The translations under genes were made by a program, and so were the position numbers. This document shows positions 26,445-39,899 of a stretch of DNA of 64,000 bases, piece by piece; within the stretch, counting starts at the first letter, position 1, and each line of letters starts with the position of its first letter. The DNA is taken from assembly GCA_002104905.1 (NCBI GenBank), contig MCFE01000279.1:1-64000 (forward strand), written 5' to 3'. The stretch comes from Basidiobolus meristosporus CBS 931.73. Taxonomy: Eukaryota > Fungi > Basidiobolomycota. The notes under the pieces were generated by a model. It was given only the letters and a program-made list of their open reading frames with translations, did not search any database and was not told the DNA's origin.

Positions 26445-28856
26445 TTACACAACAGAATGGCGATGGTGCGCAGGAGATACCCTCGGCAAATTTGTGCTGG
26501 AGGGGGTTAGATGATTCATATTGTATGATCCGTTACCCTCACGGAAAGTGGGCTCAGGAACATCAACTGCGACATATTCCTTCTCGGTGGATCCTGCTTC
26601 ACCATCAGGACTGGTGTTCGTTGGGCGTGTACTTCCCCAGCTGAAATCATCCATTTTCCATAGACTATACAGCGGTACCACAATAGCCCACAAAGGCAGA
26701 CCAAACAGGAACACAATCCACCAACCAAATTGTGTGCGCCGCCCGGCCATGAGAGCGATTAATCCCGGGAGGCAAAATAGGAATATAGTAAAGGAAAGAG
26801 AAAGCCAAGTGAGATGTGTCCAGAAGCCATATATGGCAATCACAAAGCCAAATGGCAAAAAGAACGGAATGGCGGCTGCTGACCACAGCTCAGACACCAT
26901 GACCAATTTGAACCAGAAGCGCAAGCGGAAAGATGGGAATGCTGGGGGATTGACGAACAAGTCAAAGTGGTTGTGGATAAGCGAGTTGGTCCATCTTCTG
27001 CGCTGGCAAAGAAGTACGCTGAGAGTGTCGGGTACGGTGGTTGTGCATACAGCGGCGGGGATATAGCGTGTTCTCATATCATTCAGATAGCGAATAACTA
27101 GGGTGCATAGATAACGATCTTCACCAATGGTAAGGAGATTGTGTTCTCTCATGAGTTTAGGCTCAGCCATGTAGTCTCTCATAATGCGGGGATCAAGAAC
27201 AGCAGGTTTTATGACCTTCTTGCCTGTTCGTGGATCCTTCTCGTGCCTCTTCAAGCGATAAACGGTAAAGCAGCCAGAGAGAACCAGTACATTGGCATAG
27301 AACGATTCGAAGGATTTGAGTAAGCAATGGGTCAAGAAGTACTCGAATACTTGAATACTGGTAATATAGGTTTGTCTGCGGTTCTCTACTTTAGTCTCGC
27401 CACAAACGCCTGAAAGAGTAGGGTCCGCTTCAAGGGAATGAACCAGGATATCGAGGCCATTTGGTCTGATATAGGTATCGGCATCAGCAACCAGTACGTA
27501 TTCAACATTCTTAGCATTGCAACCAATACGTCTCAATGAGCTATACATTTCAGCAAACATTGGGCAACTGAAGCGAGTCTTTGGACGTCTGTAAGAATTT
27601 CCGGAAATCGATGCGTTGCTTGAGACAGGGGTAGAATCGTAGGCTGATGATAGGGAGGTGACACTGAAGCCAGCACCAGGTCCAGCTCCCCACAGCGATA
27701 GGTCTTGGATATAGGCACTAGTTCTGGCGATTTCTATATTGGCAGCTTTAGCTCCGAGGTTACCATCAAATTCGTAAGCAGTATTCATGAAAGGATTCTG
27801 GTCCTCCGATTCTATCTTCTTCATCACATCATCGAGGAAAAACCCGTTGGCCTCTCTGAAGAAGTTGTAAACAATCAGTTGCGAATCACGCTTAGAACGG
27901 TTTCCTGGTTTGGCTGCTCCTTTCTCGGTCTCCAGACCAACCTTGATGATAAGTAGGTATTTGATTTTTCTATTGGGCTCGTCGTCGGGGGAGTAAAATC
28001 CGGTGTAGACGCAGGCCTTGTTCAATCTGGCATCACCGTGTCCCACGGATTGATACATCAGGGGTTGAGCCTGATCTTCACATTTGAAAATGTCCTCCAC
28101 GAGAATTCTCGGAGTGGATTTGTCATTCCCAGATCCTGTTACATTCCCGTCGGAAACGACGAAGAGTAATTTCGATTCGTCGTCATATTCACTCTGTACA
28201 ACAGAGTTGACGGTCTTGAGAATAACCTCCTTGCTTTCACTGTAGCATGGGATATGCAACGCCAGCAGCTTCTTGGGCTTTTCTGCTTCCGGAAGGGGAG
28301 ACTTGTAAATCTTTCCTGACCGCTGGACAATGATGGCAGCGATCACATTCAGCACCATCACACCGACGGCGCAAACCATGAATACAATGTAAACAACATC
28401 AAGGAAAATGCAGTAAGGCTTATTCACAGTGAGGATCCCCTTCTTCACTCCTTCAGTCTGCTTGCAGATGAAGAATGGCAATACGAACAGGAGAGCAATC
28501 ATAAGCAGCACAAGGAACACCATAGCACGGAAATAACGGATCTTTTCACGCCACGCTTCACGCTTCTCCTTGGTGTCCAGACCGCATGGCTTCAGGAACG
28601 TCTTGATGAAGAAAAAATCCACAACACTGTTAACTTTAATCCAGATGCTTTGGGCTTTGGGGGAGGTGATGGGCTTTTCTATAGGCGGAAGCTGATATTT
28701 CTCATCCCAATAAATCTCGTCATCGTTCATAAGTGTATCGTCGTTGGAACTTATGGAATTTCTGCGTTCTCTTGTTCCAGACATGTCTTGGTATGTGACT
28801 TTTCTTTGTGTCCCGCACTGAGGAGGGGAATGGGTGGAGCTGTTCCCGTTTGACAT
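26445..28856 (-). CDS. chs: Chitin synthase, division-2 type (Chitin_synth_2-like), 803 aa from the first ATG, apparently intronless
   Basis: GT2 motifs PCYSES, VSDG, DADT, VCGET, IQVFEY, LSGCFTVYR, GEDRYL, QRRRWTNS. Two N-terminal and several C-terminal hydrophobic helices. The ORF track starts at a TTG (29015); the first ATG is at 28856. Normal CpG content. Confidence 0.95.
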   Translation of the reverse strand: MSNGNSSTHSPPQCGTQRKVTYQDMSGTRERRNSISSNDDTLMNDDEIYWDEKYQLPPIEKPITSPKAQSIWIKVNSVVDFFFIKTFLKPCGLDTKEKREAWREKIRYFRAMVFLVLLMIALLFVLPFFICKQTEGVKKGILTVNKPYCIFLDVVYIVFMVCAVGVMVLNVIAAIIVQRSGKIYKSPLPEAEKPKKLLALHIPCYSESKEVILKTVNSVVQSEYDDESKLLFVVSDGNVTGSGNDKSTPRILVEDIFKCEDQAQPLMYQSVGHGDARLNKACVYTGFYSPDDEPNRKIKYLLIIKVGLETEKGAAKPGNRSKRDSQLIVYNFFREANGFFLDDVMKKIESEDQNPFMNTAYEFDGNLGAKAANIEIARTSAYIQDLSLWGAGPGAGFSVTSLSSAYDSTPVSSNASISGNSYRRPKTRFSCPMFAEMYSSLRRIGCNAKNVEYVLVADADTYIRPNGLDILVHSLEADPTLSGVCGETKVENRRQTYITSIQVFEYFLTHCLLKSFESFYANVLVLSGCFTVYRLKRHEKDPRTGKKVIKPAVLDPRIMRDYMAEPKLMREHNLLTIGEDRYLCTLVIRYLNDMRTRYIPAAVCTTTVPDTLSVLLCQRRRWTNSLIHNHFDLFVNPPAFPSFRLRFWFKLVMVSELWSAAAIPFFLPFGFVIAIYGFWTHLTWLSLSFTIFLFCLPGLIALMAGRRTQFGWWIVFLFGLPLWAIVVPLYSLWKMDDFSWGSTRPTNTSPDGEAGSTEKEYVAVDVPEPTFREGNGSYNMNHLTPSSTNLPRVSPAHHRHSVV

Positions 28857-31800
28857 ACCACGAATGTTTATCAAAGAGAGAAGAGAATGGAATGCGATTC
28901 TCCGAGGGGGATGGTGTGAAAAGGAGTAGCCAACGCTAGGTTGAGATGCCCTTTTCGCTGAGGTGCAAGCCCACTTATATATGACTTTATCTGATCGTAG
29001 GTAGGACCAAAACACTGATGCGTCCGAAAGTCAATGTATAATTCAGTTACAGAATCACCATTTCATAGCCAGCCTTTGTAAGACAAGGCCGTTGGATCTT
29101 ACCCAAATTTTTGATAGCAATCACTTGGTAATATGATCATGTTTGCCGTTTTTTAAATCTAGAATATCGCATAGTTCAAAAGATCCACCATTGGTAGTTT
29201 CCTCTCCCTCATTAATGATTCAACCCCATCATAGCATCTTAGCGCCTGGCATCTTTCTACAATATCGAATGAATTAATTGTTGTGTGACAAATACCGGGT
29301 TCGGGGCCGTATTAACAAGGCATTTTGATTTAAGGAAATTGATTCTTCGACAAATCTTCATTCACATCAGCATGCACCAGTGCAAAGTTTTCGAGCGAGA
29401 ATTGTATTCCTTGGGAATCCATTCCGAATCACTTCGATGTCAAACCATCCTTCGCTTATATTCGCATCACCACACCGCCGACGGCTTCGAGTCGATCGAG
29501 ATGGGGCGCCTGTGCTCGGGGCAGAGCTACTGGCTGCGAAACAGTATGCTGTAGCCGTGGTTTGTTGGCAAAGCAGTGTGTGAAGCCAGGAATTCTATAC
29601 TCTTGCTACAAGCGGCTGCGTATGTCCTATGAGGATCGCTGCCCTGAGGACAGTGTTGCGCGTCTCTTCTCATCTCTTCCGCGAGTATTCCAGGCAGATC
29701 AGATTGATAAAAAATGCTCTCCAACTCGTTACGAGCATCCGGAATTGCATGGCTTCGATTGAACCTATACTAGTAATCACCTAGTTGGTGATTTCTGTAT
29801 CAGACATCAAAAGATCTGTGTGACCGACACCTCTTGCCATCATGCATGCATCCCCGTGTGTAGTAATTGTTGGCTACTGAAATATCTTCCCTTCTCCCTC
29901 AACATAAATTATGGAAGTCGCACAAAGAGCTAACAATAGATTTGAGGATCCAATATTACGATCAATAGTCAGCAATTATATGTGGCTGAACAGGGACATG
30001 GCTGACCCTATTGCGACATCAGTAAAATGTTCAGTGATTGTATCGTAATGTATGATGAGAGTGCACGTCTCTATGGTTGGGTAATCCAGAAGAGGTGGCC
30101 TTGTTTGGAATATGAATGATGGTGGTGATATGTCATCTGGTTTCATTTTAATCGATGCCATGCAACAACCAGTTTATTCTTGGGTTTGGTGTGGTGTCCT
30201 GAGGCAAGCGATGCGCTCGCCTTGTATTAGATAGGTCATAGCCAGGGTGTCGCCATTTTGGTCAACATCGTAGTCGCCCCAAAGGTGAGCATAGCAATAC
30301 ACCTGCAGCACTTGAACATTGAGCCCATTCACCCTGGTGGTATGCTCAGACCGATCAAGTGGGTGGTCTAATCTGTATATAGTTAACTTCTGATTTGGAG
30401 AGAGCGTACGGTGACCTCGATTTGCCTATGCGGATGGGTGTTTGGGCGGCAATATAATGCGCTGGACTTAAGTGTACAAGAACTGGTTTGTTCACTGCTG
30501 TGCTCGACATATACATACCAATCATGCATTGTAAGTTTAACAGGATATACGCGTTTTCTGTGCACCCACATACAATTCAGATGGTCTCCATTCCAATCAG
30601 ATCCGAAGGCTGAACTTTTTCGATATTTTTCCCAGGTGGAGTGATAGTGCTTCCCCGCTCCTGATTTGTTGGTGAGAACATATATCAAGATATAGTAATT
30701 CAATTCTTGGACATCTATTCCCAAAATATCCATGATAAGCCAATTTCGTACACCCAAATTCTATTATTCAGCTGTAATACCCACAGATATCTATTGAGGT
30801 ATAATTCTCCAGTTGTCTCGTAATCAAGAGTGAGGTAAACTCGTGGTTTGCCACTGGATTATTTCTTAATTCCATCGGTGTCACCTGTCCTGGTGGTCGT
30901 CTGCTTACACCAACCTCCAATAGTTGTGATCAGTGACATCCTGGTTCGGTGTAGCTACAAAATGGATCCACACCAAGCGTTGGATCTCCGATGTCCTCAG
31001 TATCCTGGTGTTGAGGGTATACGTGGCAAGCCAAAAGTAAGGATTAGTAGATGGAAAGGGATTTTAAGGCCCAATACCACGAATAAGTTGCATAGACCAT
31101 GGGTGGGCTCCTATCATGCCACACTTGATCAGTGAAGAGATTGATGTCAATTGGGAAACTACAGCCAAGGCCACTGGTGCTCAGGCATGATCCTAATGTA
31201 GAAAAATCGAAGACGCTGTTGGTGGATGCCATATATTCCTTGGTATGGAGTTATCCGTATGTCTATTGTTAAATGGGTTCTTGCTCACATACGTCAGTCC
31301 CGCAGGCCTGTCCAGCCAGATTGCTGCTTTGAGATATTGCAAACTTCGTGGAAGGATTCGTTGCATACCTAGATGCGGATATTGGCCATGGCTGTGAGGA
31401 ATCAAATCGTTGCACAAGAACGGCACATTTTATATGCAGTGCAGCGTCTACCGGTTTTGTAAAAAGCCTAGACATTGGAAACAAGGGCTCCAACTCTTCT
31501 CCTAGCAGCTAACAACCCCCGCACAGACCCGATGGACTAAGAGAATGAATATTTCATACTAATTTCATTCTGCAGAACTTTTTTGCTGTCAAAACATGAG
31601 TAAGAATACCTTGTAAGCAACCCCACTGATTCTGTCAGTCCATTGTTGCAGTAAGCATTATCTCATTTTATATGTTCAGGGAAAAAGGCTTATTTCTCTC
31701 TATTATCAGTTGCTGAAGGCGTCAAATTGGATATTTATTGCCACGCAGCTAAAACGGAGCCCCAAATACTATACGCAAAAAGCATAAGCTAGTAGCCAAC

Positions 31801-34800
31801 AGGATATCCTCTAATGATGAGAAGCTAAACTAAAGAATACCATATATCACGTTAGTTCTTGAAGACCTTGTGTGAACTACATGCAATATCTAGTTACTTA
31901 CAAATAAAGCAAAACTTGCATTGGATGCTTGGAAAACTGATCAACCTCCAAGCTTGAAGTTGCTTGTTATGCATTGACAGGTGGTACTTCCACTAATATG
32001 TACACCTCATTAAGCCATCCACAAGGTTATGTAGTATATTGCATTTTAAAAATACACAACAGGCATGAAAGCTGCTTTATTACATCAACACTGTCTATTC
32101 AACCCCACATACAGCATTAATCACTAATCATGCCAAATTTCTATGGAACATAAGCCTATGCCATATGCCAAATACCATATTATCATTTGAGCTGCATATG
32201 ATTAGTGTACCTACATAGTCATATAGTAGAGTAAAATAGCATGTAAGTCAACTATGTGTTTGCTCTAGCTGCTAGACTCTTTAAAAGACATTGTCTTATG
32301 TGGATATATCTTACCAATACATTTGCAGCACATCAATGTCTCAGATTGCTTTTCAGCCTTGCATTATCTCTGATGCCTCTTTCAGGTCTCTTGAGCCTTC
32401 AAGGTATGTTTCTTGCCTCTTTAAAATATCACCAGATAAATGATTGGCTAATTTCAAGTTAACTGTTTTCATGTGTAAAACTAAAAGCTCTTTTTTTAGT
32501 ATATAATAGCATTTGTATTACATAGTATAATATATGTAATTAGGGAGAAAGGAGTAATTGAAACCTCATTAGGCTAATACTAGCATTTCATGCCACTGGC
32601 TTTAGCTGCCTAAAAGAAAACATATTTTTCCAAGGTTCATAAAGAAACAAGTGAGCATCATCCATTTCTTCTAGTTCTCCAGGTCACTTATAATACTCCC
32701 TAGAATCCAGCTACAGGTTACAAGCCCCAAACTTGTTGTCTTTGGCTGTCCACCTTGCTTTGGTGAATTGTGCAGCTTGTTGGACTGCCTGGCTAATAGT
32801 ACTACAATGAAAACCAACATTTCAACTGCCATTACATAGACTATGACCAAGGGAAATAGCTGTGAAGACAAAGGCCTTGCCTTTGAGAGGCTCTATAAAG
32901 GTTTATAGTTGTGCCAGAGGGTATAGATCTGATCAAGAGGAGAGCAAAGAAATATGATAGGCTGAGATGCAGCAGGAGTAATATGATGAAGAAAGGTATG
33001 TAATCTCAGCAAAAAGCAATCACAAAGTTACCAGGTCTTTTATCTCTGAGTCAAGATGGTGATCCTGAAATATTAGTCAGTTGAAGTTCTGGATTACATT
33101 TGATTTGAAGGAAATCAGGGACATTATCATTCCCAAGAAATGGATAATAACATTAACAGATCTGCTATCACTCATGATAAATCAAATATTGCACAAGTTG
33201 ACCTGCTAGCCAGAGGAAAGATGAAGCCTATTGATGGAAATAGACTTATGTATTAGTATGCCTGGAATCCAAGGATCACTTACACACCTATTGGAAACTC
33301 CCAAAAGTTGAAGCAAGGCTCAATATTCTCCACACACCAAGCAAGATAGAGTAGCAAATGGGTACAGTAGTAGCAGAGATCTGTGCATTCAGCTTTTTGT
33401 TTGGAATATAGCTGCTCAAGTCCTGTTACAAACTCTTTGCACAAATGCTGTAGATGTGTCATGCTGGCATTTGTCATCTGCTTCTGGATAAATAGTCCTA
33501 CAATGTTGACATATGACTCCTATTGCTTCCAATGTACTCTTGGTAGGAATGGCTTCAGAAGGCCATTTGAATAAACACATATTCAGTTCATCCAGTCCTT
33601 ACACTTTTATTGTTGCATATGCAAATTAGTGTTGATTGGACCCTGTGAGAAGTACTTAGGGTAGCAGATACTCTGTAAATTCTTGCCAATTCTTTGAAAT
33701 TTCTCCAGTATCTCAAAGGGCGCATTTAGCTTGAATGCTCTATGTACAACTTGGTCACCAGTATAGGGATAATGTTGATAACCAAATGCATTTCTCCCAG
33801 TGGAAAGCTTTTGCTTCAACAGATACCCTCTATCTTAAGTATCTCTGGTGTCCAGTTAATGACATATTCCAACCATTGGCTTATAGCTTGCCAACTTTGC
33901 TGCATTTGCATGCTGACTTCTCTATGTTCTCTCTGTGGGAATATGATGTTCTTAGTGTTGGTGTTTGATTAATAATAATGTGTTTGAGTTATGGAGTAGA
34001 TCCCCTGGATCTCACACATATGGGAGCAATACCATTCATTGTGCCCAGAAAGGCTTGCTATCTTGCCAATGGCTGGGGTATCTCCAATGCAGATCATGAT
34101 ATGCAATTTTACATGAAGGCCATTTACTGTTATCCTGCTGGAAAGCATACAAAACTCACCCAGCAATGGATACAGGAAGCTATCCAGGTTGGGTGGTGAT
34201 TTAGGCCCAGATACCAGTGAGAATACCATCAGATTTCTGCTCTGATACTGCAAAACAGGTGGCCAATTCAGGTTGATGAGAATCAGTAGCCAGCAGGATT
34301 TGCTGGTAGAGTACTTGTTTAATGAGAATCCATCAGGTGCCATGGCAAAGGCATGGTGTTACATACCTTCAAAGTAGCTCTTGCTTCTTAGCTGTTTGTG
34401 ATGTTTGCCATCAAATATATTGGATATGTTTGTGCTTGATTGATACTGGGTGTGATACTTTACAGCTTCACAATATTTGTTGGACTGCATGAGCTTCTTT
34501 ATACAGGGTATTACCAGAATATATGGGGAGGGTGAACAATGTTTTCCCCCAATAGATGTGGATTCCTGACAAGTTGGACACCTTGCAATGGTGGCATTTT
34601 CTGATGTGAATGCCATGCAACTGTTAAAACATGCTGGTATCAGGACAGTCTCTGAGTCAAATGTTGCCAGCTGCATGATAGTTTTTCACTTATACAATAT
34701 ATATGGTAAGTTGCATCCTGGGATGATTTTGGCAAGAAGCAGCAGTAAATCCTCAAAGCACTCATTACTGAAATGCACCACTTCTCCAGCCACATTATCA

Positions 34801-37800
34801 TATCATTCACCAGTAGATGGATTACTGGGCTCACTTCACTCAAGAAAGTATCCTTGACATTTTTTTCCATGGGTGTTATCTCATTGCAAAATGGGATTTT
34901 GCCAGGCTCATGCAGGGTACTGTTGTTAGGGAAGATAGGCTTGCATTCCATCAGTAGCCTGCTTCTTCAGAGCTTCCACTCTGAATGACATATTCAGAAG
35001 GCAGGGGTGAGCCTAAAGGCATCCCAAACTCTCCTGACTCAGTTTGCACAGGGTGACAAGTACAGCCAGATGCTGCTATAGAAGTATCTAGTGGCTGGCA
35101 AGATATTGCTGGTACAGTAGTGACTGGTGAACAGTCAAATAGAACTTGTGTGAGAAAACACTGGCTGTGATCCTTGTAATACTTCCTATACAATCTGTGT
35201 AATTCATGGCTGAGAGGCCTACTACAATAGCCACATGGTCTTTTCCTCTTCTCTTACAGCATTGAATCAAAGTAGTCTTGTACATGGGGTAAATAGTTTG
35301 ACACACAACAATATAACACTATTATATTGCTTTTTTGTCAATACTCATGTGAATTTGAGACAAACTTGTATTTATGATATTGCACCTACATGAATGTAAC
35401 ATTAAATGATGACCTACCATAGTAATCATTATAGATACCCTATAAAAAATTATTGTAATGATCCAATCAAAAGGCTATCACAAAGTTAAAGTCCTGTGAC
35501 TAAGAGGTACTGATGCCATGAGAACACTGTCCAGAGACCATTGAAAAATAATGGCACTCCAGATTCCACCAAAAACTTAGTCAAAATTTTTGATCACAAC
35601 AATGTATAAGTGGCTTTTGATTGGTTCCCTGCCAATTTGTTCACTTTCTGATCCTGGACACTCTATCACCTCCCATGTTTGTGTGCATTGATTGGCTATT
35701 GCCTCTTTTTCACACTCCTTACTTCCTGACTCAACTGTTTCTCTTACTTTTCATGCATACAAATTGATATATTTCCATTGAAGCTTCAGTTGTGCCTCAA
35801 TTGCCAATTGTATTGACCTATACAAGTCCCTATACTCTACACTAATGTTAATCCTAACCTACACTCAACAAGTAACTCCATTAAAATCCACCACTCAATA
35901 AGTATCTCTGCTGTAACACAATGGTTCCATGACTTTGGCAGGAACCCAATGGCTTTATGCCACTGTTCATTCACTGGTTCCCCCACATCCTATTCTTCAG
36001 CCATCACTGCAAGGTCTAGCACCTCATCTGCCAGTCTTTACAATGAATCCTTGCAATATTTCAGTCTGCTTTCTTGAGCACTGCTCTTGAAGAAGTGCTG
36101 CTACCTCTTGGTGTGCCTATTGATGTTCCAAAACTCCACTTAAGGCATTGAGATAGTCTTTCAAGGTCTTGACATTTTTGCCTTGTCTGTCAGTGGGATC
36201 TCCACTCTGTCAACAATAGAGGATGTGGTGGCTGTGATTGACAAGTTGCTTTTTTCTGTAAACTCATCTACCTACCTGGAATGTAGCTCAACTGGCTGTG
36301 CTTCCAACTCTTGTGAAAACAGCTGTTCTCCTGTTGGCAATACTTTTTGGCTATGATGGGATTCAGTATGTTTGGGCTAGTGGTGTTAATTGGCAAGAAC
36401 TGCAGTTTTTTTTACATGCCTCCCTGTCTCAGGCTTGGGTAGACATCTTTCCCTTTACCTTTTCCTTTATCACTGCCAGATCTTTCACTGCTACTTTGTC
36501 TGAGTGCTTCTTGTAGTGAACTATATTTCTCCTTAATAATTTCTGCTGTGAAACATTTGTTTTGGCCTGCTTGTCCCTTGCTGTCACCCTTCTGGCAACC
36601 TGATGTTTCCTTCCTGCTTGTTTCAAGCTCTTGCCATATTTGAGATGGGCTCCTGAAAAAGCCACTGGTTTTTATCACTGCCAGGTCCTTCACTGCTACT
36701 TTGACTGGGTGCTTCTTGAGTAGAACTATGGTTTTTCCTTGATGAATGTTGTGCTGGTGCATTGATGTCTGTCTGCTTGTCCCTAATTGGCACTCTTCCA
36801 GCTAACTAACATCTCTTTGACACTTGTCTGGAGCTTTTGGCTCTGCTGGTATTGGGCTCTTGAGGAAGCCACTGGTATTTAGTCAAGGCACCATTGTTCT
36901 TTGGCCTTTGATAGTTTCTACTATTCTTAAGATACTTTCTTGGCATACCAATGCTGGTGCAAAATCTGTTTGCCTATTTTAATTCATGAAAATGCTCATG
37001 GAACAAGTCAAGTGCATTCTGCTTGGCCTTGGGTCCCTGATGGTCCCATGGTCTGTCGGCCTTAAGGTGATGGTGTGCTAAACTTCTAACAGCCTATAGA
37101 ATATTAGCACACTCTTCAGTATTGCACTCAACAGCTTCATAAATCTTCAGTGTCTTTTGATTTTTATACTTTAGTGTAAATATGACATTGTCTCCCTCCC
37201 ACTCTGTGATAGGTTTTTCTGTGGGCTTTATCATTGGCACTGTTGTTGTGCTTTTAAAGACTTTATGGTGTTCTTCTGCTGTTACATCAGGAAATGGCTC
37301 AATTCTTGGCTGTGACATTGAGCTACTTGAGTTTCTTCTTTGCAGCAAAGATACTGCTTTCTCTACCAGGGATATTAATTGCTCTACATGCATTATCTGC
37401 TCATCCTGCTTCTTGACAATATCCTAGTTTCTCTGGGCCATTGCATCTATCCTGTCAGCCACTGCACCTAATTGCCTCATTAATGCTGTTGTATGAGCTG
37501 ATAACAGACTTGCCAATATGGGTGGTGGTGATGTTATGACAGCCACTTGCTGGTCTTCAACTGAGGGTACTGCATTTGCTATATTCTCATCTGCCCAAGT
37601 ATAACAGTGAGCTTGTGGCTCTGCAGAGGTTCTCAATTGCCTACTTGACTCAGAGCCTAAGGAGTCCGCGTTATTACCTTCAGTGGGCAAACTGTTAGCA
37701 TGGCCTTTTTTGGATGTAACCCTGCTTGTTGCACTAAATGTCAAAGCAAGCTGTTGTCCATCTGTTCTTCTGTTGCCATCAGTGGTTGGGTTTGATTGGG

Positions 37801-39899
37801 ATCCTGACAACTTTGCTTTATTTTTTGGTGGTATATATATTGAAGTGGGTGAAACCAAAGGGGAAATAGTGTTATATATATGTGTGTACGTAGTGCCACA
37901 ACTGTATTTATAATGCTTACTATGGTGGGTCATCATTGAATCTTACATTCATGTAGGTGCAATGTCTCAAATACAAGACTGTCTTAAGTTCACCTGAGTA
38001 TTGACAAAAAGGTGATATAGTAGCATTATGTTGTTGAAGGTCAAACTGTTTGCATCATGGACAAGACCAGTTTGACTCAATGCCATAAGAGAAGAGAAAA
38101 AGACCATGTGGCTATTGTAGCAAGCCTCTCAGCCATGAAGCATGCAGACGGCGTAGCAACTATTACAAGTATCATAACCTGTGTCTTGCCACACAAATCA
38201 TATTTGACCATTCATTGGTCACTACTGTACCAACATTATCTTGCTAGCAAGTTGATACTCTTATATTGGCACCTGGCCATATTTGTCACCTTACGCAATC
38301 TGAGTCAGGTGAGTTTGTGATGCCTTTAGGCTCACCTCAGCCTTCTAAATATGGCATGCAGAGTGATAGCTCTGACAAAGCAGGTTCACTGATGGATTGT
38401 GAGCCTATCTCCCCTAACAACAGTACCACCTATGAGCCTGGTCAAATCCCAATATGCAATGTGACAACACTCATTGAAACAAATGCCAAGGATACTTTAT
38501 GGAGCCAAGTGAGCCCAGTAATCCATCTCCTGATGAATGATGTAATGTTGTGGCTAGAGAAGTGGCATGTTTCCACTAATATTAGTAATGGTGGCTTTGA
38601 GGATTTATTACTGCTTCTTGCCAAGATCATTCCAGGATGCAACTCTACATGTACATGGTACAAGTGGACAACCATCATGCAGCTGGCAACATATGATCCA
38701 GAGACTGTCCTGACTCCAGCATGTGTTAACAGTTGCATGGCATTCACATCCAAAAATGTTACTATTGCAACATGTGCAAATTGTCAGGAATCCACCACCA
38801 TTTTGGGAAAACATTGCTCATACTGCAGATATATTCCAGTAATGCCCCATCTGAGGAAGCTAATGCAGTCCAACAAATATTGCAAAGCTATACAGTACTG
38901 CTCTCTGTATCATTTAAGCATAAAAATATCCAATATATTTGATGGCAAGCATTACAAACAGCTAAGAAGCAAGGGCTACTCTGAAGGTATGTATGACCAT
39001 GCCTTTGCCTTTGCACTTGATGGATTCTCATTAAGCAAGTATTCTACCAGCAAATCCTGCTGACCACTGATCCTCATCAATCTGACTCTGCTGCCCATCC
39101 TATGGTATCAGAGCAATAATCTGATGGTAGTCTTACTGGTATCTGGGCTTAAATCACCATCCAACCTGGATAGCTACCTGTATCCATTGCTGGAAGGATT
39201 TTGTATGCTTTCCAGCAGGATAACAGTAAATGGCCATAATGTGAAAGTGCATACTATTATCTACATTGGAGATACCCCTGCCATCAGCAAGAAAACTGGT
39301 TTTCCAGGCACAGTGGAGGTATTGCTGTCAAATGTGTGAGATCCAGGGGATTTACTCCGTAATACACACACATTTTTATTACACAAACACCAGCACTAAA
39401 AACATCATCTTTCCACAGAGAGAATGTACAGAAGTCAGCATGAAATTGCAGCAAAGTTGACAAGCTATTAGCCATTGGTTGGAATATGGAATCAATTAGA
39501 AACCAGAGATACTCAAGATAGAGGGTATCTGTTGGAGCAAAAGCTTTCCACTGGAAGTAATGCATTTGCTTTTGAACAACATCCCTATACTGATGACCAA
39601 GTTGCACATGGGGCATTTAAAGCTAAATGCACACTTTGAGATACTCATGAAATATCAAATAATTGGCAAGATATTACAGAGTATCTGCTACCCTAAGTAC
39701 TTCCAATGGGCTCCAATGAATATTCATTCACATGTGCAACAATACAAATGCAAAGACTGGATGAACTGGATATGTATTTATTCAAGTGGTATTCTGAAGC
39801 CATTCCTACCAAGAGTACAATTGAAGCATTAGTAGTCATATGTGGACATTGTAGAAATACTTATCCAGAAGCAGATCACTAATGCCAACTTGATGCTTC

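Noticed and set aside
28857-29015. 53-aa N-terminal extension of the chitin synthase
   Set aside because: It depends on a TTG start; the first ATG is at 28856.
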